A stretch of DNA of 64,000 nucleotides from positions 1 through 64,000 of the IMG/VR virus record IMGVR_UViG_3300046810_000338; one strand, written 5' to 3'. This document shows, in pieces, positions 8,825 to 17,129 of this stretch (positions are counted from its first letter, which is position 1; each line of letters begins with the position of its first letter). Made by a program: the position numbers and the translations under genes. The notes under the pieces are model-generated. The model was not told the DNA's origin, did not search any database, and saw only the letters and a list, made by a program, of their open reading frames with translations.

Positions 8825-9967
8825 TTAAGCAGGTTGTACTGGAGTTGCGTGGACCACGATGGTGGATTTCACCAAAGGGGCGATCGAGTTCAAACGGCGA
8901 GCCGTCAGAGTCAGATCGTAGACGCCGGTCAGGGCGCCTGCGGTGTTGACCACTTCGCCTTGGAAGAACTGAGCGAAGAACTTCAGACGCATGATGTTCT
9001 GGGTAACCAGGCCATCGGTGGACACAGCGTCGTCGGTGATGATGACGGTGTTGTCTTCATCGGCCACCCACTGATAGCTAGAACCTTCAGCCGTCACGGG
9101 TTGCAGGGTGAATGTCACCGACTGCTCGGTCTGGTGGGACTTGATTTCCAGCGCCACAGCGTAGCGGCTGGTGATCGGGTTGATGCCTGGGTTAGCCAGA
9201 TCCAAACCTATCGAGTAGGTGTAGTTCCAGTCGCCAGCGTCTGGGATGTCCAGCAGGTATTCGCCCTCGATAGGCTCAACCACGTCAGTGGAGCGATACA
9301 CGCGGGCAACCAGACCCAACGAGATCTCGCTGTTGGTGGCCACAGTGAAGCCACCGGCTGGGTTACCGGTACCGGCCAGCAGAGTGCCGTCTTGTTTGAC
9401 AGCACCGCCTTGCAGTGCTTCAACTTCAGTCGCCGGAGGAGTCAGAGCACTGGTATCCATCAGCGGATAGTTCAGGCCATTGAGTACCTTGACGGTCAGG
9501 ATGTCGCCCAGAGGAATGGATTCAACTGGCAGAGGCGATACGGCCACCTCAATGCTGCCAGAGAAGACGTAGGAGGTATGCGAGGCTACCAGGTTAACAG
9601 TGCCGTTGCCGTCGTCCAAGCGCACGATAGGCTCGTCCACGATGTCGTCTGCAAACAGCGTCAGACCGTAGGCGTCGCGGATGGCTTCAACCAACTCAAC
9701 CGAGGTGGTTGCGTTGGTGGCGACCGACAGCGTGGTGATGTCGGCAGTAGCGAACAGCGTGGTGAAGTCCAGGCGGTGATACGGGTGAGTGGAGCTGCCG
9801 GTGTACTTCAATGGAACGGTGGAGGTGAAGGTGACTTCGGTGTCGCCGTCGTCGCCAGTGATGGCGGTAGGAGGACTCACCGTTACTTCGGAGAAGGCAA
9901 CGTGCGAGTTGTTCTCAGCGTTTGCCAGGTCAAGCAGTAATTCTGGGTGCGGTTTAAACGTCGACAT
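8825..9967 (-). CDS. Virion structural protein: paralog-family N-domain plus extra beta-rich C-domain (380 aa)
   Basis: GDTEVTFTSTVPLKYTGSSTHPYHRLDF matches family motif; GGAG RBS. Confidence 0.8.
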   Translation of the reverse strand: MSTFKPHPELLLDLANAENNSHVAFSEVTVSPPTAITGDDGDTEVTFTSTVPLKYTGSSTHPYHRLDFTTLFATADITTLSVATNATTSVELVEAIRDAYGLTLFADDIVDEPIVRLDDGNGTVNLVASHTSYVFSGSIEVAVSPLPVESIPLGDILTVKVLNGLNYPLMDTSALTPPATEVEALQGGAVKQDGTLLAGTGNPAGGFTVATNSEISLGLVARVYRSTDVVEPIEGEYLLDIPDAGDWNYTYSIGLDLANPGINPITSRYAVALEIKSHQTEQSVTFTLQPVTAEGSSYQWVADEDNTVIITDDAVSTDGLVTQNIMRLKFFAQFFQGEVVNTAGALTGVYDLTLTARRLNSIAPLVKSTIVVHATPVQPA

Positions 9968-10103
9968 GGGGGTTCTCCGTGGTTGTCGTTCGCATAAATG
10001 GCCTGGCGAAAAGCATTACCTTTCTAACCAGATCACATACAATCTCCTTGAAGTCTGAAAGCCAGTCGCAATATATCAGACCACTACTTTCTTGGAGACG
10101 ATA

Positions 10104-10763
10104 ATGTCAGCTCTTTCCGATATTTCAATCAACGCTTTGTGCAGTGTATTTCCACTGGACATGCAACATAGCCCCACAGAGCATGTAGTGCATGGTAGTG
10201 GCATGATAAGGCCCTACATCAATCACTCTGTTAAAACAGAAAAACGCGAAGCAGTCGGCGACAACGCCAACGTTGCCGTGTTCTCCTACGGCCTGTCCAG
10301 CTACGGCTACGACGTCCGACTGGCCGACGAGTTGGAAATCTTCAGCGCCATCAATAACATCAGCGGCGACGCCAAGCGTCCCTCTAAGGGCAACAAGGTC
10401 AAAGCCAACATTCTGACCGACGAATATGGTGGCCGATTTGCGTGGTTACCTGCCGGTGGGTTCATGCTAGGGCACACCGTGGAATACTTTCGTATTCCTC
10501 GTGACATCATTGTTATCTGCCTGGGCAAGAGCAGCTATGCTCGTGAGGGTATCATTGTCAACGTGACCCCTCTGGAACCAGAATGGGAGGGTAACGTGGT
10601 CATTGAGATCTCGAACACCTCTGGCGTCCCGCAGAAGATCTATGTTGACGAAGGCATTAGCCAATTCGTCTTCATTAAAGGCGACGAACCCTGCCACACG
10701 TCCTACAAAGACCGTGGTGGCAAATATCAGGGCCAGCGTGGGATCACTCACGGGAAGGTGTAA
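10104..10763 (+). CDS. dcd: dCTP deaminase
   Basis: [59 protein letters not shown]. Confidence 0.95.
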   Translation: MSALSDISINALCSVFPLDMQHSPTEHVVHGSGMIRPYINHSVKTEKREAVGDNANVAVFSYGLSSYGYDVRLADELEIFSAINNISGDAKRPSKGNKVKANILTDEYGGRFAWLPAGGFMLGHTVEYFRIPRDIIVICLGKSSYAREGIIVNVTPLEPEWEGNVVIEISNTSGVPQKIYVDEGISQFVFIKGDEPCHTSYKDRGGKYQGQRGITHGKV

Positions 10764-10764
10764 C

Positions 10765-11016
10765 ATGCCTGAAGTTAAGCTGATACACAATCGCGGGATG
10801 GTGCTGCACTTTACTGACAGCAACGGTACCAATCGCATGCGGTTCATTGTAACCGCCTGCGCACCTGATGATGTGGTAGACCAGATAAAGGCCTATCACC
10901 GCAGTAGTCACAAGATCGGTGTGAAGGAAGCGTTGCTCTGGGCACAAGGTAAGAACTGGGGAGTTCTGGCCGATGGGGTAACGACCACTCTGACTCACGA
11001 CCTACATCCCCTCTAA
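10765..11016 (+). CDS. Hypothetical protein (83 aa)
   Basis: ATG one base after dcd stop. Confidence 0.7.
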   Translation: MPEVKLIHNRGMVLHFTDSNGTNRMRFIVTACAPDDVVDQIKAYHRSSHKIGVKEALLWAQGKNWGVLADGVTTTLTHDLHPL

Positions 11017-11059
11017 TCGTATTGGGGAAGATTTCCCCACCCATCAAAAGGTAGCTATC

Positions 11060-11854
11060 ATGATTATCGCTAACACCCCAGAATTCAAAGCCTTCATCGA
11101 CAAGTTCGCGCTTGGCTGGCTGGTTCACTTTGCTCAGGACACCGTCTCGCAAAAGAACCCCTACCACAACCCTTATCACTGCTACTGGGTGGCAGGGGTG
11201 GCCTGGTCGATCTACCAGGACATGATCGAGCAGGGTCAGGTTGAGCAGGCAGCTGTCCCAGAGGTCGATGACAAGGTCCTGTTCATCACCCAGAACGATC
11301 GTCCGGCGATCGCTCTGGTTATTGCTGGTCTGATGCACGACTACGGTCACATGGGCGGCGAGCAAGAGAACGATGCTCAAAACATCGCTCTGGCTCTGCG
11401 TGGTCTGGCTGAGATCGGCCACATTGTCAAAGAGCGTTACGGCGAAGATGTTCTGACAATGGCAGAGCGTCTGATCGCTATCACCGAATACCCGTTCGTG
11501 AAAGACCCGCGTACTCCGACCGAGAAAGCGCTGCGCGATGCTGACCTGTTGTTCTCCTTCTCCGAGGACAGCCCTAACGTCATCATGCAGAAGCTGCGTC
11601 GTGAAATGACCCTGGTGCTCAAGAAGCCTATTTCCTATCAGGAAATGTACGCGGGTCAGCTCAAGTTCCTGAGCGAAGCGGTTATGTACACCGATCAAGG
11701 CCGTGCACTGATGGACGCCGAACGCGATGCTTCTCTGGAGCGCATGCGCATTCTGTCCATCAAACCGTATCCAGACGGTGCCTCTCCTGAAGGCCTGCGC
11801 CAGGCTCGTCGTGACACTCCAACCAACCCTGCTGACCTGGGTAAACTGGAATGA
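11060..11854 (+). CDS. HD-domain phosphohydrolase, class I cyclic-nucleotide PDE-like
   Basis: NPYHNPYHCYWV, AGLMHDYGHMGGEQ, ALRDADL. Confidence 0.8.
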   Translation: MIIANTPEFKAFIDKFALGWLVHFAQDTVSQKNPYHNPYHCYWVAGVAWSIYQDMIEQGQVEQAAVPEVDDKVLFITQNDRPAIALVIAGLMHDYGHMGGEQENDAQNIALALRGLAEIGHIVKERYGEDVLTMAERLIAITEYPFVKDPRTPTEKALRDADLLFSFSEDSPNVIMQKLRREMTLVLKKPISYQEMYAGQLKFLSEAVMYTDQGRALMDAERDASLERMRILSIKPYPDGASPEGLRQARRDTPTNPADLGKLE

Positions 11855-12126
11855 CGCAAGTCTCGACATTCGAACGCAGCGAATGGCCGGCTAAGGTGAC
11901 CGTTACTGTACGGTCATTGCTCAACACCGGCATTGGTGGTTCCAGCGGCGAGTTTACCACTGCAACCCACGACCTGAATGTGACAGGTCTTTGTTCCGAC
12001 TCGGTTATCCGTAAGGTCAAAGATTACTACATTCAGCAAGAAGGCGCTAACCTGATCTCGATCGTTATCGATCGAGTCTGGTGGTACCAGGCCAGTGAAG
12101 TGCCGGGCGTGGTTGTAGACCTCTAA
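11851..12126 (+). CDS. Hypothetical protein (91 aa)
   Basis: ATGA overlap with upstream stop. Confidence 0.7.
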   Translation: MTQVSTFERSEWPAKVTVTVRSLLNTGIGGSSGEFTTATHDLNVTGLCSDSVIRKVKDYYIQQEGANLISIVIDRVWWYQASEVPGVVVDL

Positions 12127-12170
12127 GGGTCCGCCAGATATATTGACCACAAGTATACAGGGATGCGCTA

Positions 12171-12395
12171 ATGCGTAGTCGAACTTTACTTGCGACCGGC
12201 TTACTTGCACTGTCGATATCATTGGCCCCTACAGTGCTCATGGCGGTGACCGCTGCTGATCTGCGGGATTGTTCTGTGCAAACAGTTATCAATCCCGCCT
12301 TCAGTACGTGGTTAACCGCCCGCGACGGTAAGCCTGGCGCAGCATCATCTGGGCGTGAATCGCCTACCCCCGAGGCTAAGGGCCAGGTCAGGTAG
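12171..12395 (+). CDS. Small protein with signal-peptide-like N-terminus (74 aa)
   Basis: MRSRTLLATGLLALSISLAPTVLMA: basic then hydrophobic N-terminus. Confidence 0.6.
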   Translation: MRSRTLLATGLLALSISLAPTVLMAVTAADLRDCSVQTVINPAFSTWLTARDGKPGAASSGRESPTPEAKGQVR

Positions 12396-12491
12396 GCAGC
12401 CACTCCATAAGCCGATAGAACCGTGGTAATTATTGACTTGCCAAAACCTCTAACCCCCTACTGAGATGCTAGCATCGTACGACTGCTTTGG

Positions 12492-12674
12492 TTGATTTCG
12501 ATCATCGTTGTTGGTCGTCTGCACAAATTCCCACCGCCAGGCAAACGCTACTTCGGGCCACGCCGCGTATTGCGCCGCGATGCCCAGATCGAAGACGTTA
12601 CCCCGTGGATGGAACGATTTGCAGATAAGGTGTGGCACGACCATAAGGCGGTCGTAAGCCCTCCTCCCCAATAG
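12492..12674 (+). CDS. Possible small hypothetical protein (60 aa)
   Basis: TTG start, no clear RBS. Confidence 0.3.
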   Translation: MISIIVVGRLHKFPPPGKRYFGPRRVLRRDAQIEDVTPWMERFADKVWHDHKAVVSPPPQ

Positions 12675-12975
12675 CCGATGGCACACATGGCGCCTCGCCG
12701 ACCACGGGTTTAAATGGACCCAATTAGAGCATGCCCCAATTGCTCTGTTTACCTGCACAGACGGTTCATGGTTGGATCAGGAGTAAACGACCTGGCTGGC
12801 CGTAGATCCTAGATACCTACCCAATCGCTAGGCAGTGACCCCGCAGTGACACCCTTCTTCCAAGTGACACCTCTTTTCCCGTAGGGGATAACGGGTGGCT
12901 TCCCTGACTCTTGCTAGCACCTATGAAGAGTCTTGAGAAGCCTTGAGTAGAATGGGTGGTCCTGCGTACCTATTT
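12675..12975 (+). ncRNA. Candidate structured non-coding RNA
   Basis: ORF-free, at least 7 helices by inspection (see findings); strand inferred. Confidence 0.45.
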
Positions 12976-12999
12976 ATTTATGCCCTTAAATCAACTTAA

Positions 13000-13016
13000 T
13001 TTCAGACCTAGAGTAT
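13000..13016 (+). promoter_or_regulatory. Candidate phage early promoter motif
   Basis: TTTCAGACCTAGAGTAT, one of 7 near-identical intergenic copies. Confidence 0.7.
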
Positions 13017-13083
13017 CCAAGTGAGATAGCATACCGATGTTCTCTGTATGTGGTCCATTCTTATCCTTAAGCTGGAGATTCAA

Positions 13084-13548
13084 ATGGGTATTATCAATAC
13101 ACGTATCATTGACCCTGCGTTCAATGATATCGCCATCGAACGTATTCGAGTCACCTTCGATAACGTTGACTACGATGTCAATCAACAAGTTGCCCCTATG
13201 CGTTGGCCAGAAGATCTGCCCAACCTTGTAGCCAGTCTGGCCAATAACGGCGAGTTCTGGTATGGGATTACTGAAGAAGGCGTTGAAGGCTATGCAGCCA
13301 ACACCGATCGCGGCCTGGTGCTGTGCCTGCGCACTGGCGAATTCACCTACGAAGACGGCGTAAGTCCTCCTGAGTTCGACGACTCGGTGGATGAGTACGA
13401 CATCTTCTACACGCAGTTGGCGGACATCATCCCCCACCTGCAAATGCCTGACAAGATTCTGGAACCACTCGATGACGAGATCGATGTGGAAGAAGGTTTC
13501 GGTGATGCCGATCTTGACGGCGAACCAGTGGAACCCGAAGAGCTCTAA
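13084..13548 (+). CDS. Highly acidic hypothetical protein (154 aa)
   Basis: GGAG RBS; 38 D/E versus 7 K/R by hand count. Confidence 0.8.
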   Translation: MGIINTRIIDPAFNDIAIERIRVTFDNVDYDVNQQVAPMRWPEDLPNLVASLANNGEFWYGITEEGVEGYAANTDRGLVLCLRTGEFTYEDGVSPPEFDDSVDEYDIFYTQLADIIPHLQMPDKILEPLDDEIDVEEGFGDADLDGEPVEPEEL

Positions 13549-13568
13549 CTCTTCTTTCCATCTGCTAA

Positions 13569-14066
13569 TTGATACACTTCCCTAAAAGGGCCGAACTCGT
13601 GAATAAGAAGTATCCATTTCGTTTAGCTGGTCGTCGTCTTTATGTTCCAGGCGTTGGCACACTGCCATACATTCGTGGATTGCAACTTCTGAAGAAAGGA
13701 GACCGTTACACGTTCAAGGCCAAGTTGGGAGATTCCTACTGCACCTGGATTGTGTACGGCGAAGATTATCGTACTCCGTTGTTGGAAGCTCTGGCGATGC
13801 TGGAGCGTAACTTGGGGGCACTGCAAACTTGTAAGAACCTGCATGCGGTGGAACGCTCTGATAAACAAAACCCAACGGGTTACGTGGGGGTGTTTAAAAC
13901 CAAGAGCAGCTACATGCCGTATCAGGTAACCTGTCCCGAAGAGACAAATGAATTAACCGGTAGTCTCATGCGCGCTGTAAACATTCGCGAACAGGCCAAA
14001 GAAGAATACCTGCGTAAACATCAAGTCTCTCTGAGGCAGGTCCTTAGTCAGGCATCACTCGGCTAA
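13569..14066 (+). CDS. Basic protein with AP2-like DNA-binding motif
   Basis: NPTGYVGV followed by ...AVNIREQA resembles phage AP2 domains; start uncertain. Confidence 0.45.
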   Translation: MIHFPKRAELVNKKYPFRLAGRRLYVPGVGTLPYIRGLQLLKKGDRYTFKAKLGDSYCTWIVYGEDYRTPLLEALAMLERNLGALQTCKNLHAVERSDKQNPTGYVGVFKTKSSYMPYQVTCPEETNELTGSLMRAVNIREQAKEEYLRKHQVSLRQVLSQASLG

Positions 14067-14124
14067 GGTAAATGGATAGGCCTGCTTGCATTACATGCAG
14101 GCCGACCATGAAGGAACGAATATA

Positions 14125-14685
14125 ATGGCTAACAAGTCTGTAGTTGAGGTTATTCGAAAAGGAGTAGTTCTTGATATTTCCCAGGACGGTGTCACCCACA
14201 TTAATGTCTACTCGGGCGGGAATACCGAGCTTGGGCGTAGTCTTTCCAATATGTCAAAATTCCCCACCGTTTCTGATCGAGTCGTCAGACGTACGGCAGA
14301 AGACGGCGGGGAACAGCAGTTTGTCATTGGCCACTTTAATTCCATCGAGGGGTGGTGGTGGTGGTTGTCTTCTGGGATGGTCAACGATCGTCTCAGAACC
14401 TGTACAGGGTTCGATGCGCGTCGGCTAGGGCTAATGTTGCCCAGGGTTCCCCTAGCTACGTTTGAGCACGAGGTGCGTTATGCAATTGCCCTCAAGCTTA
14501 CGACTTATCCCAAACTGCTGATAGCACTGACCAAATCAACGCTTCCCCTAGTGCACTATTACGCTTATGGCAAAAGCTCATCGCAACCGAAGATAATTCC
14601 GGCCGATAGAAGCATGTGGGTCATAGACTTTTTAGAGCTGGTGCGTAGCACCCAGGGCGAGGCACTTACCGAATATTTTGCGTGA
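14125..14685 (+). CDS. NADAR-family (T4 gp30.3-like) ADP-ribose hydrolase candidate
   Basis: HINVYSGGNTELGRSLSNM..., GHFNSIEGWW, LRTCTGFDARRLG, ALTKSTLPLVH parallel NADAR motifs. Confidence 0.6.
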   Translation: MANKSVVEVIRKGVVLDISQDGVTHINVYSGGNTELGRSLSNMSKFPTVSDRVVRRTAEDGGEQQFVIGHFNSIEGWWWWLSSGMVNDRLRTCTGFDARRLGLMLPRVPLATFEHEVRYAIALKLTTYPKLLIALTKSTLPLVHYYAYGKSSSQPKIIPADRSMWVIDFLELVRSTQGEALTEYFA

Positions 14686-14725
14686 CGACCTGGCCATTAC
14701 ATGCCAGTGTCGACGGAGATGCTGG

Positions 14726-15610
14726 ATGAACGCACAACCTGTGATTCTGTTGAACATTGAAACCCCCATCGATGTACTGGAGGGCCTTAAGCTCTACGTG
14801 CTGGCAGATGGCAACGATAACTCCCAAAAGATCGACAACTACGAAAGCTGCATGAAGTTTCAGGTGGTGACCACCAACACCACCAACGGCGATCGGGTCA
14901 AAAAGAAGTTCGCTCTGCACGGTCGTCTGACCTCTCGCAAGGGCGTAAGCATTGACCACGGTTTTGTGGTCCAACGCATCTGGGATACATTGCGCACTTA
15001 CCTGGAAAGCAAGAAGCTTATCATCTCTGATAATGCAGAACCAGGCGTGTTCATGACCCGTGCCATCTGGCGCTACATCTTCGCTGCCGGTACGCGGGTA
15101 GCGGACTTTGCTAATGGTGTGGGTATCTTTTCTCAACCGGCTAACACCAACTTCGTTATCGGCGAGCATTCGCTGGACATGTTGGAAAACTCTCGTGGTA
15201 GCTTTACACTGGCCGTATCCAATGGCAAGATGGTAAAGTTCTACCTGGGCGAAGACTTCCCTCTGTGGGGGATGTCTGATGAAGTGGGTGAGGGCGGTGA
15301 GCCTCCACGTACTTGGTTGCCTTGCAAGAAGAAGGTAACTCCCGCAATCATCGACGCGTGCCTGGTGCACTTTGTCGAATACATCAACCAGGATAACGAC
15401 GTGCTGGAGGTGTTCACTGCCGACAAGGTAGAGGACATGGTTGACTTCATCAAAGCGCGCAATCCTAATTGGGCCAAATCCCTGGAGACCAAACCCGAGA
15501 AGCCTTTCGTTGAGCGCGTGCCGGTTCCAGAAGAACCACCAGTCTCTCGTGGCCTGGTGTCTCGACTGAAATCTGCACTGATGGGCGAAGAGCTTAAACT
15601 GCGGGATTAA
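14726..15610 (+). CDS. Hypothetical protein
   Basis: GGAG RBS; long ORF with phage codon bias. Confidence 0.8.
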   Translation: MNAQPVILLNIETPIDVLEGLKLYVLADGNDNSQKIDNYESCMKFQVVTTNTTNGDRVKKKFALHGRLTSRKGVSIDHGFVVQRIWDTLRTYLESKKLIISDNAEPGVFMTRAIWRYIFAAGTRVADFANGVGIFSQPANTNFVIGEHSLDMLENSRGSFTLAVSNGKMVKFYLGEDFPLWGMSDEVGEGGEPPRTWLPCKKKVTPAIIDACLVHFVEYINQDNDVLEVFTADKVEDMVDFIKARNPNWAKSLETKPEKPFVERVPVPEEPPVSRGLVSRLKSALMGEELKLRD

Positions 15611-15617
15611 TCGTTAT

Positions 15618-15656
15618 GCAGACGGGGGAGCAATCCCCCTACTGCTTATTTTTTTG
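15618..15656 (+). terminator. Rho-independent terminator
   Basis: GCAG..GGGGGAG-caa-TCCCCC..CTGC followed by T-tract. Confidence 0.75.
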
Positions 15657-15667
15657 TTGGGGTAAGC

Positions 15668-16231
15668 ATGTCCAATTCACTGTACAAGAAAATTGCAGGC
15701 ATCAAACCTACCATGGGTCCCATCACGGGTACTCTATTGGGCGTCTGTAAAGCGGCTGGGTGGGAGAATGCTTTCATTTGGTTATTCTCCAACTTCACGG
15801 ATGAGGGTAAAATGTTTCGTCGCTACCAGTCGATTGCACTGGATAGCCAAAAAAGAATACAATCCATCATTGACAACAGCCCTGTACTGAGGGCTTGGGA
15901 AAAGACTGTAAATGCGGCAACTGAAAATAGCAATGAGCGGATGGTGTGGTGGGTGTTGTTTGACCTGTTCACTGTTGAGCAGATGGTTCGGTTACACAAT
16001 AATTGGCTGTCTTGTGTTCGTCGACAAGATGTGCTTGTGATCCTGAATACCTGTAATGAGATCTTCAATCTCCTACAGGAAAACTCCATGGCCGCTAAGA
16101 ACGGTCTGGTATTGAAGGAGAAGGAATATCTTCAGTGCATGGCCAGAACTTGGATCGCTCAAGCCATCTTCAGCTTCAACCCAAACAACGGATCGGTCAG
16201 CCAGATAGCTCACCGATTGGCGCGGGCATAA
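15668..16231 (+). CDS. Hypothetical protein (187 aa)
   Basis: ORF between terminators. Confidence 0.75.
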   Translation: MSNSLYKKIAGIKPTMGPITGTLLGVCKAAGWENAFIWLFSNFTDEGKMFRRYQSIALDSQKRIQSIIDNSPVLRAWEKTVNAATENSNERMVWWVLFDLFTVEQMVRLHNNWLSCVRRQDVLVILNTCNEIFNLLQENSMAAKNGLVLKEKEYLQCMARTWIAQAIFSFNPNNGSVSQIAHRLARA

Positions 16232-16285
16232 ATTCTCCCCTCTGGCTTTAGGGCCAGGGGGGTTTATGTCCATTAGTTAACTTTT

Positions 16286-16302
16286 TTATAGACCTAGATT
16301 AT
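16286..16302 (+). promoter_or_regulatory. Candidate phage early promoter motif
   Basis: TTATAGACCTAGATTAT. Confidence 0.7.
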
Positions 16303-16359
16303 CAACACGAATGGCTATCTTGTCTGTTACTGGATAGAACTTTAACGGTGGTTAAGCAC

Positions 16360-16794
16360 ATGCAGAAATACACATCCTTCCTCCCGCCTTTGTTTGACAC
16401 CTATCTGACATGGGCCGAAAGTAACCAGGGTATCCTGGAGGTAATGCTGGTTGTTCATCTGGAAGAAATCCAGGTGAGTGGCGTTGATTTGCATCCATAC
16501 GGCACAGTAATTGATGGTAAGACTCGGGTACCGCTGACTCTGCCTAAGTCGGTAAACATCAAGCGGACGTCTCGGGGCATTGAGATCATGCACGAGTTTG
16601 ACCGGGGTCCGATCTTCATCGGTATTCCTTGGAGGGCCATGGTTGCACTTGCAGCAATTGATGGCCACGAGGCGGTTATCAACGATATCCACTTACTGAA
16701 TATGTTTGATACGCAGATTCTGCCGGATAAGTCAGATGAGTATATTCAAGTTCCTCCCCGTATCGATGCGCCAACTTTAAAGGTGGTTACCTAA
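16360..16794 (+). CDS. sspB: SspB-like (ClpXP adaptor) protein
   Basis: LFDTYLTWAESN..., EFDRGPIFIGIPWRAMVALAAIDG parallels SspB F.G.P..V.VP..AV.AIYA; C-terminal PTLKVV tail like the ClpX-binding end. Confidence 0.6.
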   Translation: MQKYTSFLPPLFDTYLTWAESNQGILEVMLVVHLEEIQVSGVDLHPYGTVIDGKTRVPLTLPKSVNIKRTSRGIEIMHEFDRGPIFIGIPWRAMVALAAIDGHEAVINDIHLLNMFDTQILPDKSDEYIQVPPRIDAPTLKVVT

Positions 16795-16795
16795 C

Positions 16796-17128
16796 ATGAA
16801 CCGGTGGCAGATATTTGTCCACAACTTCAAGCGTTACAGACGACTGCGTAAAACCATTCGTCTGGTAGAAGCCGTTGCCGTACGGTACGGTTGTAATTAC
16901 CAGAAGAGTCTGTCCAAGCGCATCTTGGATTTACATCTGGCTGGTGAATACCTGGGTGAGAAAACGGTCAAAGACATTGATCGGATTATGACTCACCTAC
17001 ATCCTCGTGTTTGCGCGTTTGAGTTCCTTTCGCACAACTACGATCTATCCTACCATGTTACTCGCACGGTCACCAATGACCTGCGTCGCGTGAGTGGGCA
17101 ATATGAATGGTTAACAGAAGAGATTTAA
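16796..17128 (+). CDS. Hypothetical protein (110 aa)
   Basis: Tightly packed operon ORF. Confidence 0.7.
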   Translation: MNRWQIFVHNFKRYRRLRKTIRLVEAVAVRYGCNYQKSLSKRILDLHLAGEYLGEKTVKDIDRIMTHLHPRVCAFEFLSHNYDLSYHVTRTVTNDLRRVSGQYEWLTEEI

Positions 17129-17129
17129 C

